A DNA stretch of 34,089 nt, taken from assembly GCA_041666665.1 (NCBI GenBank), contig JBAYGK010000001.1:1-34089 (forward strand). The letters run 5' to 3'. Shown here piece after piece: positions 8,637 to 17,278 of this stretch. Position 1 is the first letter of the stretch. Each line of letters begins with the position of its first letter. The notes beneath the pieces were generated by a model. It saw only the letters and a program-made list of their open reading frames with translations. It did no database searches and was not told where the DNA came from. Source of the stretch: Minisyncoccota bacterium. Its GTDB lineage: Bacteria > Patescibacteriota > Minisyncoccia > Phycocordibacterales > CAIJYI01. The position numbers were made by a program, and so were the translations under genes.

Positions 8637-8779
8637 TTCGGCTCGTTCGTCGTGGCAAACATTTCCCGGTGCGTCTCAAAATAACGCGTTGAAAACACAA
8701 TGCTAAACAGCCCGAAAGCAATAATCCCCAAAAATCCGAAAAGAAACTTAAAAAACGTTTTATTGAAAAGGGGGGACAT
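8633..8779 (-). CDS. Hypothetical 48-aa hydrophobic peptide
   Basis: MSPLFNKTFFKFLFGFLGIIAFGLFSIVFSTRYFETHREMFATTNEPN, hand-translated, with a TAA stop at 8633-8635. TGTTATACT-ATAATC-ATG lies directly upstream. It is below the ORF-track cutoff and has no homology support. Confidence 0.4.
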   Translation of the reverse strand: MSPLFNKTFFKFLFGFLGIIAFGLFSIVFSTRYFETHREMFATTNEPN

Positions 8780-8827
8780 GATTATAGTATAACAAAGAAT
8801 GAGAAAGAAAGGGAGGGAAAGCCGTGC

Positions 8828-8971
8828 GACGAGTATAGGTATTTGGTATATGTATATGTATACGGACGAGTATCGTCATACCTATTACGAGTATAAGTAT
8901 TAGGTATATGTATATGTATACGGACGAGTATCGTCATACTTATACTTATACAAGATACATATACATCGTCC
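8828..8971. repeat. GTATA-rich repeat family B, copy 1 (58-bp unit in tandem x2 plus tail)
   Basis: Units 8830-8887 and 8888-8945 differ at about 5 positions (CGAGTATAGGTATTTGGTATATGTATATGTATACGGACGAGTATCGTCATACCTATTA). The tail runs 8946-8971. The imperfect terminal inverted repeats are GACGAGTATAGGTAT and ATACATATACATCGTCC. The element abuts the stop codon of the 195-aa gene. Confidence 0.8.
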
Positions 8972-9558
8972 TATATCATCTCAAACTCCCTGAACACATT
9001 TTCATAGAGTCTGACGACTTCTCTCGCTTGGTGCTTGGAGAGAAGAAACGATGATCCTTGGTGTGCGATGAAATTTCGGACTTTGTGCGCCTTCCATGCG
9101 TCGTCCAAAGTATTGAAATCGGAAATTTCCGCCTTTTTAAGCATCTCGCCGAGGGTCGCCCCCGAATACCCCATTTTTTTCACCATGGCCTCCAGCATCG
9201 CATCGGCTTCTATTATGGCAAGCTTCCACTCCGCCGGATTTTCGCTTTCCATGTATTTTTCCACCATTTGCCAGCGTTTTGATTTGACCTCTTCAAACCG
9301 GACACCGCGCGCGATGGTTTCTTTTTTTTGTTTCTTGCGGATTTCTCCCGTTTTCACCACCAGCATGACAATTCCGAAAAACAAAAGCGAGGAAATAAAA
9401 AATAGAAAAAATTGAAACATTAAAAAGAAATGGCTTGCGAGGAATTGGTGCCAAAAAGACGGCGGATTCTGAACAAAATCAGCAACACCTGAAATAACCG
9501 GCGAAAGATCGGCGTTTGACGAAGGCAAAGGAGAATATTGAAGAGTTGTTTGAGTCAT
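8971..9558 (-). CDS. Membrane-anchored protein with C-terminal HEPN-like (DUF4145-like) domain
   Basis: 195-aa ATG ORF with one TM helix (FFLMFQFFLFFISSLLFFGIVMLVV) followed by a basic stretch (KTGEIRKKQKK), which places the C-terminus in the cytoplasm. The C-terminal helical domain carries AWKAHKVRNFIAHQ, an R-x4-H motif with RN. Confidence 0.75.
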   Translation of the reverse strand: MTQTTLQYSPLPSSNADLSPVISGVADFVQNPPSFWHQFLASHFFLMFQFFLFFISSLLFFGIVMLVVKTGEIRKKQKKETIARGVRFEEVKSKRWQMVEKYMESENPAEWKLAIIEADAMLEAMVKKMGYSGATLGEMLKKAEISDFNTLDDAWKAHKVRNFIAHQGSSFLLSKHQAREVVRLYENVFREFEMI

Positions 9559-9559
9559 A

Positions 9560-9737
9560 AGGGGTTGGAAATAAATAAAGCATTCAGTTCGGTTTCAGAT
9601 TTTCGTAAGATTTGATTTTTACGATTGAGTAAATATTGAGGCATATCGGGATATGGTGAAAGATTTGCGATTGAGTAAAAATAAGAGATTGCGGAAAGAT
9701 GGAAGCGAAATGGATATTTTATTTATTTCCAACCCCT
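9560..9737. repeat. Long-hairpin repeat family A, copy 2
   Basis: The core 9587-9710 is nearly identical to 8484-8606. The outer stem AGGGGTTGGAAATAAATAAA (9560-9579) / TTTATTTATTTCCAACCCCT (9718-9737) is unrelated in sequence to the copy 1 stem but is again complementary. The apex is CATATC-GG-GATATG. Confidence 0.8.
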
Positions 9738-11175
9738 AACACCAAAAAAAACGCTTAGGATATATCCCGTCCGGCTTTGAATAATATTTCCTCAGCAAAA
9801 TGAGGGGCAATGAGGTGAAAGCCGAGGGGAAGTTCTTTTCCTCCTTCTGACACGGTGCCCGACGGAATGGAAATGGCGGGAAGGTCGGCAATGTTTGCGG
9901 TAACGGTAAAAATGTCCGCAAGATACATTTCCAGAGGGTCATTCGTTTTTCGCCGATTTTGAAAGCGGGCGAAGGCGTGGTCGGGGTGGCGATCAAATCA
10001 ACCTCTTTAAAAACCCGTTCAAAATCTTTTCGGATGAGCTTTCGCGCCTTCAAGGCATTTCGGTAATACGCATCGGCATATCCCGCGGAAAGCACGTATG
10101 TTCCGAGCAGAATGCGGCGCCGCGCCTCTTCTCCGAATCCTTGTGCCCTCGTTTTTTTGTATGAATCGCCCACATCGGAACCTTGGACGGAAAGACCGAA
10201 ACGAACCCCGTCAAAACGGGCGAGGTTGGAGGATACTTCCGCCGGCATGATGATGTAGTATGTGGCGAGAGAATATTTCATGTATGGAAGCGACACGTCA
10301 ACAATCTCATATCCGTTCTTTTTAAGTTTTTTGATCGTTTCTTCAAAATTCGCAAGTATGCGCGGATCAAGTCCTTTCATTTTGAGGAAATCGCGAGGAA
10401 CTCCGATCTTTATTTTTTTGTCCGCAGGGATGTTCGGGATAAGTTTTTCGGGCGTTGTCGTGCTGTCCATCGGATCGCATCCCCGGATAGCTTCAAATAC
10501 CGTTTTTGCGTCTTCAACCGTTTTGGTGAACGGTCCGATCTGATCAAGAGAAGAAGCCATCGCCATAAGACCGAAACGGGAAACGGCGCCGTAGGTCGGC
10601 TTCATTCCCACAATGCCGCAGAACGCCGCCGGCTGTCTGATGGAGCCGCCGGTATCCGAACCGAGCGCCGCGAGAGCCATATCTCCCGCAACCGCCGCCG
10701 CCGAACCGCCCGAGGAACCGCCCGGAACGCGACTGGTATCGCAAGGATTTTTCGTTTTTCCGTACGCGCTCGTTTCCGTGGAACTCCCCATCGCGAATTC
10801 GTCCATATTGGTGCGCCCGAGAAGCACCGCGCCCGCGGCTTTCAATTTGGCGATAACTGTCGCATCATAAGCGCCGAAATGTCCTTTTAGTATTTTTGAA
10901 GCGGAAGTGGATTCTTTGCCGAGGACAAGCATGTTGTCTTTCACCGCAATCGGAATTCCCGTCATCGCGCTTGCTTTTCCCGCCTGTATCATTTCATCCG
11001 CGCGCTTCGCCTGTTCCAACACGTCGTCAAAAACCTCAAGATATGCGAAAATCTCATCGTTCTTTTTCGCGATGTTGTCCAAATACGCTTGCGCGAGTTC
11101 AATTGCGGTGAAATCGCCCGCATCAAGATGTTTGCGAGCTTTGGCGATGGTAAGTTCTGTAAGATTTATATTCAT
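9736..11175 (-). CDS. gatA: Glu-tRNA(Gln)/Asp-tRNA(Asn) amidotransferase subunit A, with an apparent frameshift near the 3' end
   Basis: Amidase signature [12 protein letters not shown]. The start MNINLTELT is at 11175. After ...AFKIGEK the open frame becomes non-homologous junk. The -1 frame reads [63 protein letters not shown], a typical GatA C-terminus, ending at 9755-9757. Confidence 0.85.
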   Translation of the reverse strand: MNINLTELTIAKARKHLDAGDFTAIELAQAYLDNIAKKNDEIFAYLEVFDDVLEQAKRADEMIQAGKASAMTGIPIAVKDNMLVLGKESTSASKILKGHFGAYDATVIAKLKAAGAVLLGRTNMDEFAMGSSTETSAYGKTKNPCDTSRVPGGSSGGSAAAVAGDMALAALGSDTGGSIRQPAAFCGIVGMKPTYGAVSRFGLMAMASSLDQIGPFTKTVEDAKTVFEAIRGCDPMDSTTTPEKLIPNIPADKKIKIGVPRDFLKMKGLDPRILANFEETIKKLKKNGYEIVDVSLPYMKYSLATYYIIMPAEVSSNLARFDGVRFGLSVQGSDVGDSYKKTRAQGFGEEARRRILLGTYVLSAGYADAYYRNALKARKLIRKDFERVFKEVDLIATPTTPSPAFKIGEKRMTLWKCILRTFLPLPQTLPTFPPFPFRRAPCQKEEKNFPSAFTSLPLILLRKYYSKPDGIYPKRFFWC

Positions 11176-11180
11176 AAAAA

Positions 11181-11303
11181 TTCCAAATCCCAAATTACAA
11201 GTTCCAAATAAATTCCAAATAGTAAATTCAAAATTCCAAAGTTTGAGATTTTTTTATTTTTGAATTTAAAATTTATTTGGAACTTGAGATTTATTATTTG
11301 GTG
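11181..11303. repeat. Imperfect palindrome with TTCCAAA repeats filling the gatC-gatA spacer
   Basis: CAAGTTCCAAATAAATT (11198-11214) is the exact complement of 11270-11286. The inner stem is AAATTCAAAA (11224-11233) / TTTTGAATTT (11257-11266). TTCCAAA occurs at 11181, 11202, 11213 and 11234, and inverted at 11276. Confidence 0.6.
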
Positions 11304-11317
11304 CTTTAATTCAATGT

Positions 11318-11608
11318 TTATAAGATTTTTTTCACCTTGATATAATTCCCTTCTTTATCCGGAGCGTTGCGCATGATATTGCTCGTATATTTTTCTCCTT
11401 CGTGCGGTTCCGCATCTTCCCGAAGGACATTACGATTTTCACCGGCGTCGGGAACATCTTCGGGAGCGCCTTCTTTTGAAAGATTTTGCACTTCAGACAC
11501 GTAATCCAAAATTCCCTCCATCTTTTGGCGGATGCTTTCCATTTCATCATCTTTAACCTCTATGCGAGCCAAATTCGCCAAATTTTGAACATCTTCTTTG
11601 GTAATCAT
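11318..11608 (-). CDS. gatC: Glu-tRNA(Gln)/Asp-tRNA(Asn) amidotransferase subunit C
   Basis: MITKEDVQNLANLARIEVKDDEMES... matches the typical GatC N-terminus. It is 96 aa and sits upstream of gatA. I chose the start at 11608 because TATGAT-AAGGCA-ATG precedes it; the track ORF extends to 11677. Confidence 0.85.
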   Translation of the reverse strand: MITKEDVQNLANLARIEVKDDEMESIRQKMEGILDYVSEVQNLSKEGAPEDVPDAGENRNVLREDAEPHEGEKYTSNIMRNAPDKEGNYIKVKKIL

Positions 11609-11693
11609 TGCCTTATCATACCGCATTTTCAACGATTGCGCAAAAAAAATAATTGTGCTATTGTTTTTTCGGGACAAAAAAAGAGGAGGTTCT

Positions 11694-11873
11694 ATGTTTG
11701 ATTTTGTGAAAGAAGCATTCGGTAAACTTTTATGCGCGTTCGGATATCATGATCCGGAATATCTCAAAGCAATGCCGGGCTATGTTTATATATGGCCCCC
11801 GTATAAATGCAAAAGAAAAGGATGTGACCATGAAATAAGAGGAATGAAAATTCCGCCAAGACCGAAATATTAA
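11694..11873 (+). CDS. Small Cys-containing hypothetical protein (59 aa)
   Basis: A strong SD (AAGAGGAGG) lies 4 nt before ATG 11694. The protein is MFDFVKEAFGKLLCAFGYHDPEYLKAMPGYVYIWPPYKCKRKGCDHEIRGMKIPPRPKY, followed by a perfect terminator. Confidence 0.6.
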   Translation: MFDFVKEAFGKLLCAFGYHDPEYLKAMPGYVYIWPPYKCKRKGCDHEIRGMKIPPRPKY

Positions 11874-11879
11874 AAAACA

Positions 11880-11910
11880 CAAAAGCCCGGCATGCCGGGC
11901 TTTTTATTTT
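11880..11910. terminator. Bidirectional rho-independent terminator
   Basis: 16-nt perfect GC-rich palindrome GCCCGGCATGCCGGGC (11885-11900), flanked by AAAA and TTTTTATTTTT. Confidence 0.8.
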
Positions 11911-12035
11911 TATCTCTTGAGAAATTTCAAAAACTCGTCTTCGTCCAAAATCTCTACGCCGAGTTCTTGGGCTTTGTCGTATTCACCGCCGAGGTCAACG
12001 CCTGCCACGGTAAAACCTGTGTTTTTTGAAGATTC
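11910..12035 (-). pseudogene. Remnant of a ligA 3' end (last 41 codons, BRCT C-terminus)
   Basis: The minus strand translates [41 protein letters not shown], against the ligA end [42 protein letters not shown]. An in-frame TGA lies immediately upstream (12036-12038). Roughly 80% nucleotide identity by eye to 13600-13715. Confidence 0.75.
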
Positions 12036-12065
12036 TCAAGATTTATTTGTTTTTCTTTTTTATTC

Positions 12066-12119
12066 CGCAATATTCAATTCCCTATTAATCTTGCGACCGC
12101 AAAATTAATAGGGAATTGA
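12066..12119. repeat. Palindrome family C, copy 1
   Basis: CGCAAT-ATTCAATTCCCTATTAATCTTGCG-ACC-GCAAAATTAATAGGGAATTGA. The stem is about 21 bp with one mismatch, and no T-run follows on either strand. Confidence 0.85.
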
Positions 12120-12190
12120 GGCAAAAAGAAAATTAGCATGAAAATGCTATTCCTACCGCCTCCGCATAAGAAGCGGTTCCTTAAATAGGT

Positions 12191-12760
12191 TTAATCCAAT
12201 TCAAAATATTTTCGCAAAGATTCATCACCTTCAATGTGTTTTGCCACGATGTAGAGAACCTCTTTTCCGATTTCAAATTCCGCCTTAAGCAAAGCAATCA
12301 CGTCTTCGCAATCATACGGAAAAATCCAAACGCTGTTTTGAAGTTTGATAAAACCGAAATTTTGCAATTCGCGCCGAATGCCGTCCCTTGTTTCTTTTTT
12401 GTATTCTTTAATATCAAATGCCACCACCCGCCAGCATTTGTCCCATTTCTTTTTCGTTAAAAGTTTTTCTTTTATTTTATAGCGTAAAAGTTCACTCTCT
12501 CCCTTCGGGGTAATACGAACGTAAGATTTTCCGTCTATTTTTTCAAACGTTATGTACCCGCTTTTCCGAAGTCGTTCCGTAGCCTGATTCATATAGTAAG
12601 GGGTCCAATGCCGCTTCTTTTTTCCGGCAAAAAGAGTAAGCGCTTGCACCGCATTCGGAGCAAGAACTCCAAAAGCAAGAATTCCGGTAATCGCCAATGT
12701 GCCAAGAATAATTCGCCGTATTTCGTCACGATTAACGCTTTCTCCCGTTATTTTTGTCAT
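12191..12760 (-). CDS. Membrane-anchored PaaX-like protein (winged-helix-like segment plus Cas2-like fold segment)
   Basis: TM helix IILGTLAITGILAFGVLAP. A wHTH-like stretch ATERLRKSGYITFEKIDGKSYVRITPKGESEL. Then WDKCWRVVAFDIKEYKKETRDGIRRELQNFGFIKLQNSVWIFPYD, the W..W.lv.fdIpe..r..R..lr..L...GF..L..SVW..P pattern of PaaX-family central domains. I prefer the start at 12760 (TGCTAAAAT-GACAGGT-ATG); the track start is 12769. Confidence 0.75.
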   Translation of the reverse strand: MTKITGESVNRDEIRRIILGTLAITGILAFGVLAPNAVQALTLFAGKKKRHWTPYYMNQATERLRKSGYITFEKIDGKSYVRITPKGESELLRYKIKEKLLTKKKWDKCWRVVAFDIKEYKKETRDGIRRELQNFGFIKLQNSVWIFPYDCEDVIALLKAEFEIGKEVLYIVAKHIEGDESLRKYFELD

Positions 12761-12781
12761 ACCTGTCATTTTAGCACACCA

Positions 12782-12832
12782 CGCAATAATTCCCTATTAA
12801 TCTTGCGACCGCAAGATTAATAGGGAATTATT
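12782..12832. repeat. Palindrome family C, copy 2
   Basis: CGCAAT-AATTCCCTATTAATCTTGCG-ACC-GCAAGATTAATAGGGAATTATT. The 22-bp stem is perfect, and the centre has the same orientation as in copy 1. Confidence 0.85.
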
Positions 12833-12853
12833 GATATGAAAAACTCTAATTTT

Positions 12854-12905
12854 TTATGAAATCATTTTAAAAAACTCGTCCTTGTCCGGAATCTATGCGC
12901 CTCAT
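12854..12905 (-). pseudogene. Second, short and decayed ligA 3'-end remnant
   Basis: TTTTAAAAAACTCGTCCTTGTCCGGAATCT resembles ligA CTTCAAAAACTCGTCTTCGTCCAGAATTTC. The minus strand reads IPDKDEFFKMIS* against lig[15 protein letters not shown], with an in-frame TAG just upstream. The match is short and could be chance. Confidence 0.4.
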
Positions 12906-12907
12906 TC

Positions 12908-13579
12908 TTACGCCGTTGGCATTTCTATTTTCCTTTTTACGTTTCTCCGCCCGTACCAAACCAAAAAAAACAAAAAGGAAAACAACAGAAACAGTATTGA
13001 TCCGTATTTTGGGCTATCAACGAAAGTCTGCCAAATTATGAAATAGAATATTATTCCCAAAGAGTACAGAGAATTAACCCAGAGTGAAAATTTTAAAAAC
13101 CACCAATCAAGTGAAAAAGTAATCGGCTTTTTCATGTCAAAAAATCGCCATGCGATACCGGCGCATGCTATTGCCGCAAAAAAGAGGGCAAAGATCAAGA
13201 AAACCCTGTCTGCGCCGACAAACACCACTTGAGTGAGAGAAACAACCCACCATTCACATCCGGCGCACATGCGAGATTCTATTGCAACCAACTCCCTTGC
13301 ACTATCTCCGCCCCAAATATTAAGTGCCGCAAAAACAAGATTCATAACGGTATATCCCAACAACAAGAGGTGTGCCCACAAAATCCTTTTTTTCATATTA
13401 AGGTAAATAAAGACCGCCGATATTCCGAAGATGATATATCCGGCGATTGCCGTGCGAAGCAAGTAGAAACTTGAGTATCCCCCAACGAACAATGCCGCGA
13501 AAAAGAAAATGGCAAAGAAAAGCCCCGTGTAACCGACAAGCGTCTTTTTTTGATCAACGTGCTTGTTTAATTTATCCAT
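12908..13579 (-). CDS. Hypothetical polytopic membrane protein (223 aa)
   Basis: About 6 hydrophobic helices. The ATG lies 6 nt after the ligA stop. I recognise no family. Confidence 0.7.
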   Translation of the reverse strand: MDKLNKHVDQKKTLVGYTGLFFAIFFFAALFVGGYSSFYLLRTAIAGYIIFGISAVFIYLNMKKRILWAHLLLLGYTVMNLVFAALNIWGGDSARELVAIESRMCAGCEWWVVSLTQVVFVGADRVFLIFALFFAAIACAGIAWRFFDMKKPITFSLDWWFLKFSLWVNSLYSLGIIFYFIIWQTFVDSPKYGSILFLLFSFLFFLVWYGRRNVKRKIEMPTA

Positions 13580-13585
13580 AAAAAA

Positions 13586-15709
<2,124 letters not shown>

Positions 15710-15710
15710 T

Positions 15711-15750
15711 TACAGAGGGCATCCCTCTGTACATAGGGATGCCCTCTGTA
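15711..15750 (-). terminator. Hairpin downstream of pilD (probable terminator)
   Basis: TACAGAGGGCATCCC (15711-15725) / GGGATGCCCTCTGTA (15736-15750), a 15-bp stem. On the minus strand it is followed by AAATTTTCTC, a weak T tract. Confidence 0.55.
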
Positions 15751-15764
15751 TTGTTTATTCTGCG

Positions 15765-16616
15765 TTAAAAGAGAAAGAGTGTGCCGACTGTTTCCATTAT
15801 TGACGGCACAAAAAATACCAGAAGAAGTCCTAAAATGAGGAAAGGGGCGAAGGGCAATTCGCTTTTCATGCTCACGCGGCTTTTAAAGAGAGGATATTTT
15901 TCCAACTTTCCCGCAAGAATCAGTGTAACGCCGAAAATCGCTCCGATCCAAAAAGCCAGAACAACAGCCGTAAATCCCGCCCCAAGACCGAGAAACCAAC
16001 CGATTCCCAAAACGAGCTTCGCGTCGCCGAGCCCCATCCACCTTCCTTCCGAAATAAGCCACAAAAGAGCGAAAGGAGCCGCAAGAATAACTCCCGCAAA
16101 AAGATCCCACGCGGTCAACAAGAAAGGAAAAGTTCCGGGAAGAAAAAGGAGTTTCAAGAAGGCAAGACCGGCAAACAAATACGAGAAAGTGTCGGGAATT
16201 ATTTTATGTTTCAAATCGTATACCGCAATCAAAAGAAGTATTCCCAAAAGAACGAGAAATACCATTGAAGAAAAAAGCCATAACCAATCAACGCTATCGC
16301 CCAAAATCACTTCGTGTGCGAATGCCGCAAAACCGCCGAGCTTCCAAAAAAGCAAGATGGAAAGAAAACCCATCGCCGCTTCAACGATTGAGTACTGCCA
16401 TGATATTTTGCTTTTGCAAAAACGGCATTTTCCGCGGAGCGCGAGAAAACTCGCTATCGGAAAAAGTTCCCGCCATGTGAGCTGTTTGTTGCAAGAAAAA
16501 CAAAAAGACCGTCCGAGAAGGGTCATTTCCGTATTATGGCGATAAATGACGACATTCAAAAAACTGCCGATGATGGCGCCGAGTATAAAAACAAAAAAAT
16601 AAAAAAAGTATTCCAT
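15765..16616 (-). CDS. pilD: Prepilin peptidase / N-methyltransferase (A24 family)
   Basis: N-terminal IGSFLNVVIYR, a CxxC...CxxC pair (CFSCNKQ...CRFCKSK), the GLGDAKL aspartate motif, and a polytopic 283-aa protein. Confidence 0.9.
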   Translation of the reverse strand: MEYFFYFFVFILGAIIGSFLNVVIYRHNTEMTLLGRSFCFSCNKQLTWRELFPIASFLALRGKCRFCKSKISWQYSIVEAAMGFLSILLFWKLGGFAAFAHEVILGDSVDWLWLFSSMVFLVLLGILLLIAVYDLKHKIIPDTFSYLFAGLAFLKLLFLPGTFPFLLTAWDLFAGVILAAPFALLWLISEGRWMGLGDAKLVLGIGWFLGLGAGFTAVVLAFWIGAIFGVTLILAGKLEKYPLFKSRVSMKSELPFAPFLILGLLLVFFVPSIMETVGTLFLF

Positions 16617-16662
16617 ATCCTTTCATTTTAACGCAGAGAGAGAAAACGGACAAAGGATAACC

Positions 16663-16687
16663 AAAACCCCGCAGGGTGCGGGGTTTT
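16663..16687 (-). terminator. Rho-independent terminator after the pilin gene
   Basis: AAAACCCCGCAGGGTGCGGGGTTTT; on the minus strand the stem is followed by TTTTGGTT. Confidence 0.8.
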
Positions 16688-16716
16688 GAAAACGGATTTT
16701 ATTTTTTGGATGTGCG

Positions 16717-17229
16717 TTAAGGAGCCGCCTGAAAACCGCTCGGAGTAGCGACATAATTTCCCGCGGCAAGATCGCCGGCGGCATTTTCAATGTTGAATGT
16801 AATTTGATAACTGACCGATTCAGTATCATCGCAAGATGCGGCGCCAACGGCCGCGCCATCGGCGGTACTGCAATACATATAGGGATTGCCGTTTGGCAGT
16901 ACGACTGAAGGGAGAGAGCTCATATAGCTTCCGAGAGAGTCAGTGGAACATCCGATATTGGTGGTGGTTTCCAATCCCCCGCTGACTCCGATACCGACAT
17001 AATTGTCTGGAGTACCGAGAGCCGGATACCCTCCGCATGAATCGTAATATAAATTGAGCGCTTTTTGCAATGATGTTATCTCCGAAAGGCGCTTGGCATC
17101 GCGTCCTCTCGCTCTCGCGCTGTTGTAGTTTGTCATGGCAACGGTGGAAAGGAGAGCAATGATGGCAATGACGACAAGAAGCTCAATCAAGGTAAAGCCC
17201 TTCATGTGATTTTTGTTGCCGTTTTTCAT
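16717..17229 (-). CDS. Type IV pilin
   Basis: MKNGNKNHMKG|FTLIELLVVIAIIALLST..., then RDAKRLSEITSLQKALNLYY. The C-terminal domain is Ser/Thr/Gly-rich with 4 Cys and ends ...ATPSGFQAAP. Confidence 0.9.
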   Translation of the reverse strand: MKNGNKNHMKGFTLIELLVVIAIIALLSTVAMTNYNSARARGRDAKRLSEITSLQKALNLYYDSCGGYPALGTPDNYVGIGVSGGLETTTNIGCSTDSLGSYMSSLPSVVLPNGNPYMYCSTADGAAVGAASCDDTESVSYQITFNIENAAGDLAAGNYVATPSGFQAAP

Positions 17230-17235
17230 ATTGTC

Positions 17236-17244
17236 ATTATATCA
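17236..17244 (-). promoter_or_regulatory. Extended -10 box (TGATATAAT) 6 nt upstream of the pilin ATG
   Basis: The minus strand reads TTGCGT, an 18-nt spacer, then TGATATAAT-GACAAT-ATG. Confidence 0.5.
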
Positions 17245-17278
17245 GAAATATGCTTTTTTACGCAAAGGAAAAATGTTT

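Noticed and set aside
12066-12832. I considered whether the repeated palindromes (family C), or the family A hairpins, form a CRISPR array or integron attC sites.
   Set aside because: There are only two copies of each, separated by 660-1100 nt of gene-containing DNA, so this is not a repeat-spacer array. For attC sites the conserved parts should be the outer R sites with a variable centre. Family A shows the opposite pattern, and no integron integrase or cas gene is present.
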